DNA of 52,329 bases from Escherichia phage Mangalitsa, in sequence record NC_048799.1; one strand, 5' to 3'. A model generated the notes under the pieces. It was not told where the DNA came from, did no database searches, and saw nothing but the letters and a program-made list of their open reading frames with translations. The translations under genes were made by a program, and so were the position numbers. Shown piece after piece: positions 8,097 to 16,085 of the stretch (the first letter of the stretch is position 1; each line of letters opens with the position of its first letter).

Positions 8097-8437
8097 TGAA
8101 AACATTTTACATCTTCTTAGTTATTCTTTTCGGCGTCTTAACCTTTAAATCTGAAGCCAAACAGGTTAAATTTGGTTGCGACGGCTTTGATGTAACTTTA
8201 GACCAGTTTGAAAACAGACCAATCGTAGCATCAATCACATTTGAACCAGGTACTTGGGTTGAAGTTCCAGAAAGCGGAGATTCAAACACCATTCACCTAT
8301 TCAATATAGTCAATAGCAAACTTGCAGTTATGGGTATGGACCATCATGGCTCACTGTTTCTGCAAATTTATCGCGATTATGATTTCTATCAGGCCCACCA
8401 GCCTCAACATAGTTTAAGATGTTTGGAGAGAAAATGA
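8096..8437 (+). CDS. hypothetical exported protein (N-terminal signal peptide)
   Basis: MKTFYIFLVILFGVLTFKSEA-KQ: hydrophobic leader with an A-X-A-like cleavage context. Confidence 0.5.
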   Translation: MKTFYIFLVILFGVLTFKSEAKQVKFGCDGFDVTLDQFENRPIVASITFEPGTWVEVPESGDSNTIHLFNIVNSKLAVMGMDHHGSLFLQIYRDYDFYQAHQPQHSLRCLERK

Positions 8438-8661
8438 CGTCAGCCGAATTTACCATTGATGGAGTACCATACTTACTAGAATCCAATTGCGAATACCGCC
8501 ATTGGTCAGTAATTCACGACCGAGTTGTAAAATACTTGGAACGTGTAGGGAGAGCAACCGCAGTATTGTTTGAAGCAACCGTTGAAGGTAGTACATCAAT
8601 CAATAAAGAGTGTGTTGCTTTTAAATTAACCATCAACCCACAAGGTAATAACTTCCGATGA
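8434..8661 (+). CDS. hypothetical protein
   Basis: ATG 8434 with GGAGAG RBS, overlaps upstream stop. Confidence 0.45.
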   Translation: MTSAEFTIDGVPYLLESNCEYRHWSVIHDRVVKYLERVGRATAVLFEATVEGSTSINKECVAFKLTINPQGNNFR

Positions 8662-8924
8662 AAGTTGAAGAACTTGCAGACCGCTTGGCGGCAGCAAAGA
8701 AAGAGCTTGCAACACATGCTACACGTGTTAATTCTCTTAAAGCACTCCCTTCTGGTGAGGAAATCTCACTATTCACAGACAATATTTGGTTTTCAATGAA
8801 TCGTGCACAATTTATTGAGATTCAGGACCAACGTTTGGCTGAACTGGAGCAGAAAGTTGCCAGTTATGAGGGTTTACTGCAAACTTTACAAGCAACACTG
8901 GACCAGGAGCTGGGAAATGTCTAA
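8658..8924 (+). CDS. hypothetical coiled-coil protein
   Basis: ORF; Leu/Glu/Ala-rich heptads. Confidence 0.5.
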   Translation: MKVEELADRLAAAKKELATHATRVNSLKALPSGEEISLFTDNIWFSMNRAQFIEIQDQRLAELEQKVASYEGLLQTLQATLDQELGNV

Positions 8925-9315
8925 TGTTAAGTTGGGCCAACGCTCACTTGACCGACTCAAGGGTGTAAATCCCTCATTAGTGGCAGTTTTCAAGCGTGCA
9001 TGTGAAACAATGCCGTTTGATGTAACTGTTCTTGAAGGATTGCGCACTTATGAGCGCCAACAAGAGCTTTTAAAGCAGGGTGCAACCAAAGTTTCAGTTA
9101 GCCGACACATGTCAGGCAATGCTTTAGACATTGCACCATATCCAATTGACTGGAATGACCTCGAACGATTCCAAATTGTAGCTGAACACATGTTCAAAGC
9201 CGCAGAAGAGCTTGGAATTGTCATTCGTTGGGGCGGAACATGGGAGCGTTCATTCACTAAGCCAGTGAAATGGGCTAAATTCCTAGACGCACCACACTTC
9301 GAACTTCCAGCATAA
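8917..9315 (+). CDS. peptidase M15 family, T5 Lys-like L-alanyl-D-glutamate endopeptidase (endolysin candidate)
   Basis: SRHMSGNALDIAPYPIDWNDLERF, IRWGGTW and PHFEL match the zinc-peptidase signature of T5-type endolysins as recalled; ATG 8917 overlaps upstream stop. Confidence 0.7.
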   Translation: MSNVKLGQRSLDRLKGVNPSLVAVFKRACETMPFDVTVLEGLRTYERQQELLKQGATKVSVSRHMSGNALDIAPYPIDWNDLERFQIVAEHMFKAAEELGIVIRWGGTWERSFTKPVKWAKFLDAPHFELPA

Positions 9316-9335
9316 CTTCATCAATGGAGCATCCG

Positions 9336-9614
9336 ATGAATTACGAAGATATCCCAAGAGAGTTGAATGCACTAGAGTCAAGAGCCATCCGTGCAGAGAA
9401 TATTCTCCACCAGCACCTATCAATTAACGTAGGTGATGAAAAGAAGATGCAGTACACTATGGAACTTGACGATGTAGTCTACACTGTCAGTTACAACGAG
9501 AAGGCTGCTATCCTCAGTGCACTTATCAAAGGTGGAAATGAGCGAATCAATCAACTTAAGATTCTGGACACAGAATTGAGAGGCACTTGGGAGAAACTAA
9601 ATGCAAAACGATAA
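9336..9614 (+). CDS. hypothetical protein
   Basis: ATG 9336 with GGAGC RBS (alternative ATG at 9324). Confidence 0.45.
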   Translation: MNYEDIPRELNALESRAIRAENILHQHLSINVGDEKKMQYTMELDDVVYTVSYNEKAAILSALIKGGNERINQLKILDTELRGTWEKLNAKR

Positions 9615-10149
9615 CATTACTCAAGCAGTAGAACAGCTAAAGTCCTGGCGTAGAGATGAAACCTTATTGGTTCGTTTCTACACAGGCGAAACTAATTCTG
9701 AATTTGTAGATGCGTGGATTGATGGCCTGTCTTGGCGTCACTATGATTTCAACATGCGGGACTATTTGCATGAAGAATATGGCATTGAATATCCAGAAGA
9801 CGGTACATATGACGTAATTGAATCAAACGAAGAAGATGTTACCGAAGTTTGCTTTGCCAATGGGCTATTCAGCATTCGTAAATATGATAAGTTCAATGGG
9901 CTGCTTGTTGACACCGATTTGGATGTAATTCTTGCAGCATTCCGCAGTGGTGAGATTGATATTTTCACTGTGGATGATTTGAACGACATGTTCATCACAC
10001 GTTGCGACTCAATTACAGAATATTTGAAGCAAAGTGAGGCACTGGATATTCCAGACCGCCTTGCACCATATATTGATTGGGATGCAATAACCAGAGATTA
10101 TGGAAGTGACTACATTTTCTCTGAGGGAATATTATTCTTAAATGCGTGA
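9601..10149 (+). CDS. acidic protein, candidate ArdA-like DNA-mimic anti-restriction protein
   Basis: Strongly acidic 182 aa; segments FYTGETNSEFVDAWIDGL and YIDWDAITRDYGSDYIFSEGILF resemble ArdA N- and C-terminal signatures as I recall them; not search-verified. Confidence 0.4.
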   Translation: MQNDNITQAVEQLKSWRRDETLLVRFYTGETNSEFVDAWIDGLSWRHYDFNMRDYLHEEYGIEYPEDGTYDVIESNEEDVTEVCFANGLFSIRKYDKFNGLLVDTDLDVILAAFRSGEIDIFTVDDLNDMFITRCDSITEYLKQSEALDIPDRLAPYIDWDAITRDYGSDYIFSEGILFLNA

Positions 10150-10381
10150 TTTAAATATTGCTGAACTTGAGGCTGGATTGATTGTTCACCACCAGCCTCG
10201 AAACACTTTCTATCGTATTCTTGGGCCTACAAAGATTAAAACTCACTCCGGAGATTGGGTAGATGGGTTTGCTTACCAGGAAGTGAAGAAATACGGGAAT
10301 CATACTTTCTTGAGTATTGATTCTTCTACTATCTACACACGACCGAAAGAGCTATTTGACTCAGATTGGAAAACACTATAG
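10142..10381 (+). CDS. hypothetical protein
   Basis: ORF overlapping upstream stop. Confidence 0.45.
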   Translation: MRDLNIAELEAGLIVHHQPRNTFYRILGPTKIKTHSGDWVDGFAYQEVKKYGNHTFLSIDSSTIYTRPKELFDSDWKTL

Positions 10382-10591
10382 TTCCAGGCGGTTTCTTCGA
10401 AGTGCCAAGCGGGTTTGTTGCTCGCATTGGCCTTCGGCATTCTTCTGGGGCATTAGTGGGATTTGATTCTGACCTCTTAGGGAAGAAAGGCATTATACAC
10501 TTATCGCCAAATAGGTGTCAAGCACTTTCTTCATTTATTTTAATTTATTCTTATTATTCTTTTTGTTTGGAATATTGGAATAATTCTTAAA

Positions 10592-10610
10592 CATTAGTTG
10601 GAATTGAAAT
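10592..10610 (+). promoter_or_regulatory. phage-RNAP-type promoter CATTAGTTGGAATTGAAAT
   Basis: Motif family member, ending 1 nt before the ATG at 10609. Confidence 0.5.
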
Positions 10611-10785
10611 GATTAAAGTCCTGGAAAAAGATAATGTAACCTTCACACGCCAATGCCAGTTGTGTGCCTCTGTTGTGTCTTATGAATTCTCTGACTTAAA
10701 GATGCGCACAGGAAAGAATGACCGAGGATACTTCGCATACAGATTTATTCCTTGTCCTGTTTGTAAGAAAGATATTCGACATTAG
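10609..10785 (+). CDS. hypothetical zinc-ribbon protein (58 aa)
   Basis: CQLC ... CPVC pairs; stop codon lies inside the next promoter motif; below ORF-track cutoff. Confidence 0.45.
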   Translation: MIKVLEKDNVTFTRQCQLCASVVSYEFSDLKMRTGKNDRGYFAYRFIPCPVCKKDIRH

Positions 10786-10799
10786 TTGGAATTGGAGAA
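10780..10799 (+). promoter_or_regulatory. phage-RNAP-type promoter CATTAGTTGGAATTGGAGAA
   Basis: Motif family member; transcription would enter the GC-rich 10800..11434 leader. Confidence 0.5.
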
Positions 10800-11434
10800 A
10801 CAACATCAGATAATAACTTTGTAACTCGGTAGACCGTTGCGGCCGCATCGTGAGAGAATGTTCGACTCATTCTGCAAAGTTATTTTCGATGGAATGTTTC
10901 CATCACATACATTTATCTTTTAACATAGGCCAAAGGGCCGGAATACTTCTTCGCAGAAAAGCTATTCACTTGTTATAGGCGATGTATTGGGATGAATTGG
11001 AACTAAATAAGCAAGCTGTTAGGGCTGAATAATTAGAGGGTAGTGCCTCATGCTTATGTTAGTCATTCGAAAATAGGTTTGTGCCACAAGCTGCTGGTGC
11101 TCTGAGGAAGTCGGACAAACAGGGCTTAGAGTGGCATAATCCGCACAAAACCTCGCCACCAGCTATGCCAAAGCAGGTGGATTGGGTGAATGTATTGGGA
11201 AGGGTTGCAAAGCCTCTGTGACACGCCTGAGCCGCAAGGCGACGACACTCATGTGATTAGCGTATCGCACCCCTAACGGGAGTAACCCTTCACCAATGCA
11301 GTTATCCAGAATTGACACAAACGGTAGGCAGCGGCCCGATTTTCGGCCTTCCTGCGCTGCCCTGTGGCCTGTTTCCTGGGCCAAAAGATGAGAAGAGAAG
11401 TCACAAACACTGAATCGAAAATTGGAGAGTTCCT

Positions 11435-11749
11435 ATGATTCGTAAGCATTCTGCCAAAGTTTTGACATTGAGAAATGTCCTCATGCCATTAACAGGAAAA
11501 GAGGAAGAAACAATCCACTTCGTCCTGATTGGTGGACGTTGGTACTATAATGGGACAAACGCCTTCGAAGTTACCAAGTCCCTCAAAGACGGGTTCTGGA
11601 AGAACAATATTAAAGAAGTTCTTTCGGTTAGTGCAAACTACACCCTCGGAGAAGTTAAAAGATTCTTCTACCATGGCCCAAACAAGTCCATGCAAATTGC
11701 AATGCGCGAGTGGACAACAAACCAACCAATTTACGGAGTACCATTTTAA
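11435..11749 (+). CDS. hypothetical protein ending in YGVPF
   Basis: GGAGAG RBS; C-terminal hydrophobic-Pro-Phe. Confidence 0.5.
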   Translation: MIRKHSAKVLTLRNVLMPLTGKEEETIHFVLIGGRWYYNGTNAFEVTKSLKDGFWKNNIKEVLSVSANYTLGEVKRFFYHGPNKSMQIAMREWTTNQPIYGVPF

Positions 11750-12057
11750 TGGCTCGCAAAACATTGAAGCAAAAACTTCGAAAACAGATTCGTGAAATCA
11801 AATCTGCTGCCGACCAGGAACATGAGTTGGCTGGCATCACAATTAACTTTGAACTCCAGGCAATGCAAGCTGTTGCTTTAGGTCATGGCCTTATGACCAC
11901 ACTCATTCATGCCAAGAATGTGTTGGGAGTAAACAACGAAGATTACCAAACCATCGAGAAAGTGGCGCAAGAGCGTATTTCGCAGTGCTTGGTGAAATTA
12001 GTTGATATGGGAATTCCTGCTGAAGAAGCAAATCACCGAATCTTACAAGGCCATTAA
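11749..12057 (+). CDS. hypothetical protein
   Basis: ATG overlaps upstream TAA (TAATG); ORF-track frame begins at 11710. Confidence 0.5.
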   Translation: MARKTLKQKLRKQIREIKSAADQEHELAGITINFELQAMQAVALGHGLMTTLIHAKNVLGVNNEDYQTIEKVAQERISQCLVKLVDMGIPAEEANHRILQGH

Positions 12058-12059
12058 TA

Positions 12060-12734
12060 ATGTCTTATCATGATGACGACAAAGAAATTGCACTTTCTAC
12101 GTGCAAGCAATGGCTCAATGATAATGATGCCGTCTATCTTGCCAAGGAAGATGTTATCATCATGTGGGTCCATTTTAATCCAGAATCTAAACGCGGTGAG
12201 TGGCAACGCTACAAAATGAAAGAGGCTTGCCGAATCATTAAAGCCACTCGCGCTGGCTTCTCTGCGATGAAGTATATCAAACCAGAGATGCTCATGCTTG
12301 CTGCACAAGAAGAAGAACGTGCTTACAAGCAAGCTGTTAAATCTCGCTCAACTGTTCCTCCAGAGTTCTTTAATCTGGAGCGCGCTGGACACTTCAACAA
12401 TTTAGAAATGTTGACATTGTGCATGTTGCAAGAATTAGTTGGAAGAGGAATGAACATTGAAGCTGTTTGCCTTGGGGAACTCATGAAAGAGTTGTTCTTG
12501 ACAAAGGGCTTTGCTGTGCCTAATCGCACGCTTCGTTGGAAACTGCTTCGTGCTGTTGAAGGTGAAGCTGGTGTGATTATCCGTGACCGAACCAACCGCA
12601 TGACTGTAACAGGTGTGGGACGTTTTGTTGCGATTCAAATCGAGGGCATTGACGACTCGATTACAACTGAACTCACTGTCGCCGAGACAAAGGATTTAGT
12701 GATTAAATCAATCGAACGATTCAATATGTATTGA
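12060..12734 (+). CDS. hypothetical protein (224 aa)
   Basis: Long ORF, no recognisable motif. Confidence 0.55.
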   Translation: MSYHDDDKEIALSTCKQWLNDNDAVYLAKEDVIIMWVHFNPESKRGEWQRYKMKEACRIIKATRAGFSAMKYIKPEMLMLAAQEEERAYKQAVKSRSTVPPEFFNLERAGHFNNLEMLTLCMLQELVGRGMNIEAVCLGELMKELFLTKGFAVPNRTLRWKLLRAVEGEAGVIIRDRTNRMTVTGVGRFVAIQIEGIDDSITTELTVAETKDLVIKSIERFNMY

Positions 12735-12764
12735 GTCGTTTGTTAAATCAGAGCAGTTCTGAAA

Positions 12765-12784
12765 CATTAGTTGAATGTGAAAAG
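12765..12784 (+). promoter_or_regulatory. phage-RNAP-type promoter CATTAGTTGAATGTGAAAAG
   Basis: Motif family member upstream of the acidic protein gene. Confidence 0.55.
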
Positions 12785-12857
12785 AGAAAGGCTCTTTAAT
12801 TTTATCTAAGTCACGCCACCGTGGCGTGCAAAACTATTTAACATAAGGTATATACAA

Positions 12858-13196
12858 ATGGCTAAGATTGTAACCGTAACTCAGTATGAAGCTAACGATG
12901 GTTCCCTGTTCCTGAGCGAAGCAGAATGTAACGCACACGATTTTAAACTGGAAAACGGTGCTAAAATCGACGCAGCTGTTGAAGCGTTCGCCAACACCAT
13001 GAAACTGGTTGACCGTTCTCGCTCCATGCAGAGCAACACTGTTGCATCCTTCCTGGCATTCTACCTGCCGTGGGTTGAAGCTGGTTGCCCGGAAGTTGAA
13101 CGTGTTGCGTTCGACACTCCGAAAGAAGTCAAAGTTGCCGAAGCAGAAGTAGTTGAAGCTGTTGAAGCTGCTGTGGAAGAAGCTCCGGTATTCTAA
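12858..13196 (+). CDS. small acidic protein with acidic tail ending in PVF; candidate DNA mimic or replisome-docking protein
   Basis: About 20 Asp/Glu against 9 Lys/Arg; tail VAEAEVVEAVEAAVEEAPVF; codon usage typical of highly expressed enterobacterial genes (CTG, CCG, CGT, GAA). Confidence 0.55.
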   Translation: MAKIVTVTQYEANDGSLFLSEAECNAHDFKLENGAKIDAAVEAFANTMKLVDRSRSMQSNTVASFLAFYLPWVEAGCPEVERVAFDTPKEVKVAEAEVVEAVEAAVEEAPVF

Positions 13197-14041
13197 GTTG
13201 CCAAGGGCAAACTTGAGAAGCTAAGCTAATTCGATCTGGCACGCACTGGAAGATTTCCGGTGCTGCCTTGAACCCATTCCGGCGTGAGTGGGCTTCAATG
13301 AGCATTCTTGTGATTAGAGTTGGGAGGTAGGCCGATGCCCAATCTCGTGGCCCAGACAAGAGTGTTCATTGAAGTTATTTCAATATGGATGTACAGTAGG
13401 ATGAGAAGCTTCTCCGATAAGAGGAGTGAAAGTAGCTGGAAGGACATGCCCACAGAACTGACCGAGACCATTACAGTAGTAGCGATTCACTACCGCGAAA
13501 CAGTATTGAAATTGGCAACGGTTCATGCGGAAGGGCATCAGTGAAATCTACGTTCAGTGCGCGTGGTGAAATGAAGGAGTAGTGTCCTGAGAATTAGCCC
13601 TGTCTGGTTAAATGCCAGAGTCCATATTAAAGTAACTGGAAACTATTCCTGTCAGGTACTCCTATAATGTCTGAAACGGAGTCAGGTCGCACCTGGTAGC
13701 CGAGGCTATTTACCTACAGATGGATACCTGACAGAAGTAGTTTTCTGAGTCTTACGACGGGCCTAAACTGCCTGGAGTTATTGCGACTGTTTTATTCATT
13801 TAAAATAAATGCAAATGATTCTGAAATGCGAGTTGCGGCTTAATTAAATTTGAGTCCTCTCCGTGGTCTTCCAATCCCATGTAACCAAATTTGGCGCATT
13901 GTGGCTTCGAGATGTGATTAATAAATCGGAGCAATAATTAATTTGTATTCTGCGATGCAGGGCAGGCTTAAGTCCCTCAGTGCGCGTAGGGATGTGATAG
14001 AGTACAAACTTAATTATTAACCTAACCTATAGAGAAACATT

Positions 14042-14296
14042 ATGGAAAGCATTGCCGTATTAATTGTTGGTGTTCTGTTGTTTGCTGCATACATGATTCC
14101 AACTCTCATTGCATTTAGTCGTGGTCATGCTTCCAAGTGGGGCATTTTCATTACAAATCTGTTACTAGGTTTAACAGGAATCTTTTGGGTTGCTGCATTA
14201 ATCTGGTCGCTGTCCAATAAAGGTCAGCAACAATCTCTTGTTGTAAATGTTGGCAGTAATAATGTCAGCAATGTATCACAAAAGGATTCGCTTTAA
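14042..14296 (+). CDS. superinfection-immunity-like small membrane protein
   Basis: Two predicted TM helices; MIPTLIAFSRGHASKWGIFITNLLLGLTGIFWVAALIWSL fits the A..R.H....I..N.LLG.T.I.W..A.IW pattern I recall for this family. Confidence 0.5.
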   Translation: MESIAVLIVGVLLFAAYMIPTLIAFSRGHASKWGIFITNLLLGLTGIFWVAALIWSLSNKGQQQSLVVNVGSNNVSNVSQKDSL

Positions 14297-14543
14297 GTGA
14301 ATTGCCCTGAGCATGGAAATAAACTGCTCTAACCGATGGTATCTACAAAGGTAGATTAAATCAGGTTGCCTGTTGGTACTTGGGTTCAACACCTGCTTGC
14401 ACTCGCAAAGTAGTGCCTTGTACCTGAGATGAAGTGAGTCGGGACCATCAATCCCACGTTATGTCAAAACACAGTAGGCGACTCACAGATTCTACAAGCC
14501 TCGCAGTTTGGGAAAACCTGCGTTACCAAAACCCACCTCATTC

Positions 14544-14639
14544 GGACGAGTAGCTCAGAAGGTCTGCTCCAGAGCTTAGTCAGGTAGAGCAATCTGTTCG
14601 ACAGATGTGTCGTTGGTTCGAATCCAACCTTGTCCACCA
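14544..14639 (+). tRNA. tRNA-like gene with an expanded D region; candidate anticodon UCG (Arg) if the anticodon loop is GTTCGAC
   Basis: 7-bp acceptor stem GGACGAG/CTTGTCC, canonical T-arm GTTGG-TTCGAAT-CCAAC, discriminator A and encoded CCA; D-arm-like GCTT-AGTCAGGTA-GAGC preceded by about 20 extra nt; 93 nt before CCA. Confidence 0.4.
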
Positions 14640-14669
14640 GCTTTAATAACCCGCAACACTGGAGTCCTT

Positions 14670-14810
14670 ATGGATTTTGATGCACTTGATAACTTAGACT
14701 TCGGTGCTGCCGAAGAAGCAATTGAAGAACTGAAGAAGAAACAGGACGAAGAAGCAATCGTTCCTGGTGCTGGCGACAACGACTGCTCAAGTGGTGCGTG
14801 CGCCATCTAA
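14670..14810 (+). CDS. hypothetical small acidic peptide (46 aa) with Cys-containing C-terminus
   Basis: GGAG RBS; MDFDALDNLDFGAAEE...GAGDNDCSSGACAI. Confidence 0.35.
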   Translation: MDFDALDNLDFGAAEEAIEELKKKQDEEAIVPGAGDNDCSSGACAI

Positions 14811-14818
14811 GGTGAATC

Positions 14819-15055
14819 ATGCAACAGCTTAAGTCAATCTTTCTTGGCGTCTTGACTGCATTGGGTATTCTCCTTGCAGTGTTCCTCAAAGGCAAAAGCT
14901 CAGGCAAAGCCGAGGAGCGCCAGGAAGCCAAAGAGAAGCAATTCGATTCCATTAAAGAATCTATCGAGATTAAAACGCATGTTCAGAAAGAAGTGTCTAG
15001 CAGTTCTGATAGCAATGTCGATAGTGAGTTGCTCTCAAAGTGGGTTCGTAAGTGA
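14819..15055 (+). CDS. small membrane-anchored protein, possible i-spanin-like
   Basis: N-terminal TM IFLGVLTALGILLAVFL followed by a charged helical region; AAGGTG RBS. Confidence 0.4.
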   Translation: MQQLKSIFLGVLTALGILLAVFLKGKSSGKAEERQEAKEKQFDSIKESIEIKTHVQKEVSSSSDSNVDSELLSKWVRK

Positions 15056-15188
15056 TTACTGCATGATTGCACAACCAATATATTTGGATGTTGCAGAAGT
15101 GAAAGTTTTGTCACGCGAAACCAAAACACAGATTTTAGTCCACAATGAAACGTGGGCACAAAAGTGTTCGAAACTTACCCGACAGTGA
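14979..15188 (+). CDS. possible o-spanin-like lipoprotein overlapping the preceding gene in the +1 frame
   Basis: MFRKKCLAVLIAMSIVSC: positive n-region, hydrophobic core and lipobox-like IVSC; starts inside 14819..15055 and extends past it; rare codons weaken the call. Confidence 0.3.
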   Translation: MFRKKCLAVLIAMSIVSCSQSGFVSDYCMIAQPIYLDVAEVKVLSRETKTQILVHNETWAQKCSKLTRQ

Positions 15189-16085
15189 GTGAACAAGACG
15201 GACGTCTATAACTTCCCACATAAAGTCGAGGGAGTGCGCGACTTTAAATAACGAGACTCTAGCCACTTGTGGTATGGCAGGTGTAATTCCTGCAAGTTGC
15301 TCTGGGCATAACAATTGAAATTGCTGCCTCGCATTGAACGCGAAAAAGTTCAGGTAGTCACTTCCTAGAACAGTGGCCGGGAACAGACCTAGACAAAAGT
15401 GCTTGAGAACGTTAGCTCTGTCTTGCCAGCATTAATGGCACGTTGGCCGCGTAAAGGCCACAGCGTCTGACCAACGTATCGGTCAACCAAATTCAACGGA
15501 TTCGTAGAGTTAATGAAACCTGCACGATGGGATAGGGATGAAGCATCCGAGGCCGACTGTGTAATTGTGAACGCGGAGTTCACCGAATCCACCAAATCAA
15601 TGGGCTAGTGCAAATGTCAGTCACTAGAAGATGTGTTGCAAAACGTCTTCCATGATGTGCAAAGTGTCAGTCACGTGCCCACCACTTTCCTAACAGTTAT
15701 GCCTCTGTTCAAAAGGCTCATGCGAGCGTCTGGCATACCGTAGCGATACGGCTTAGTTGCGCTGATTGTGTTGTGTCGAAAGAAAGTTCAGGCTTTCGTT
15801 TGAGTTCCTCCTCATCTCGAAGTTAGCTGGATTCAAAATCCAGACTATGTTCCTATTCACATGAAATATGCAAGTCGAGGGTTCTTAATATCTGACATAG
15901 GTATTAAGCGGGTTTATACTTTTCCCCGATGGTCCCCATAAACAAGGTTGATTCACTTGGGCGGTTCGAATCAAATTTAATAAGTGTCTTGGCCGCAGTG
16001 GAAACATCATTTAAGCCAATTTATTGTAATGTTCGTAATAGTCCACGTCAGGGCACTTACTTAAATTTTATCTAGAGAGAGAAAC

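Noticed and set aside
10366-10590. 74-aa ORF from the ORF track
   Set aside because: Its only start is a TTG inside the upstream gene, there is no internal ATG, it has rare codons and low-complexity sequence, and it ends in the next promoter motif
13320-13544. 74-aa + ORF (and the minus-strand ORF 13129..13359) inside the GC-rich region
   Set aside because: No RBS, atypical composition, embedded in sequence with strong secondary-structure signals; treated as non-coding
14670-14810. Idea that the small acidic peptide with C-terminal Cys/Ser is a lanthipeptide-like RiPP precursor
   Set aside because: No candidate modification enzymes or transporter anywhere in the window; kept only as a hypothetical small protein
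10800-16085. Idea that the GC-rich ORF-free regions are group I introns
   Set aside because: They do not interrupt any recognisable gene (no split exons flanking), and I could not identify core P7-like elements by eye; left as unclassified structured RNA candidates
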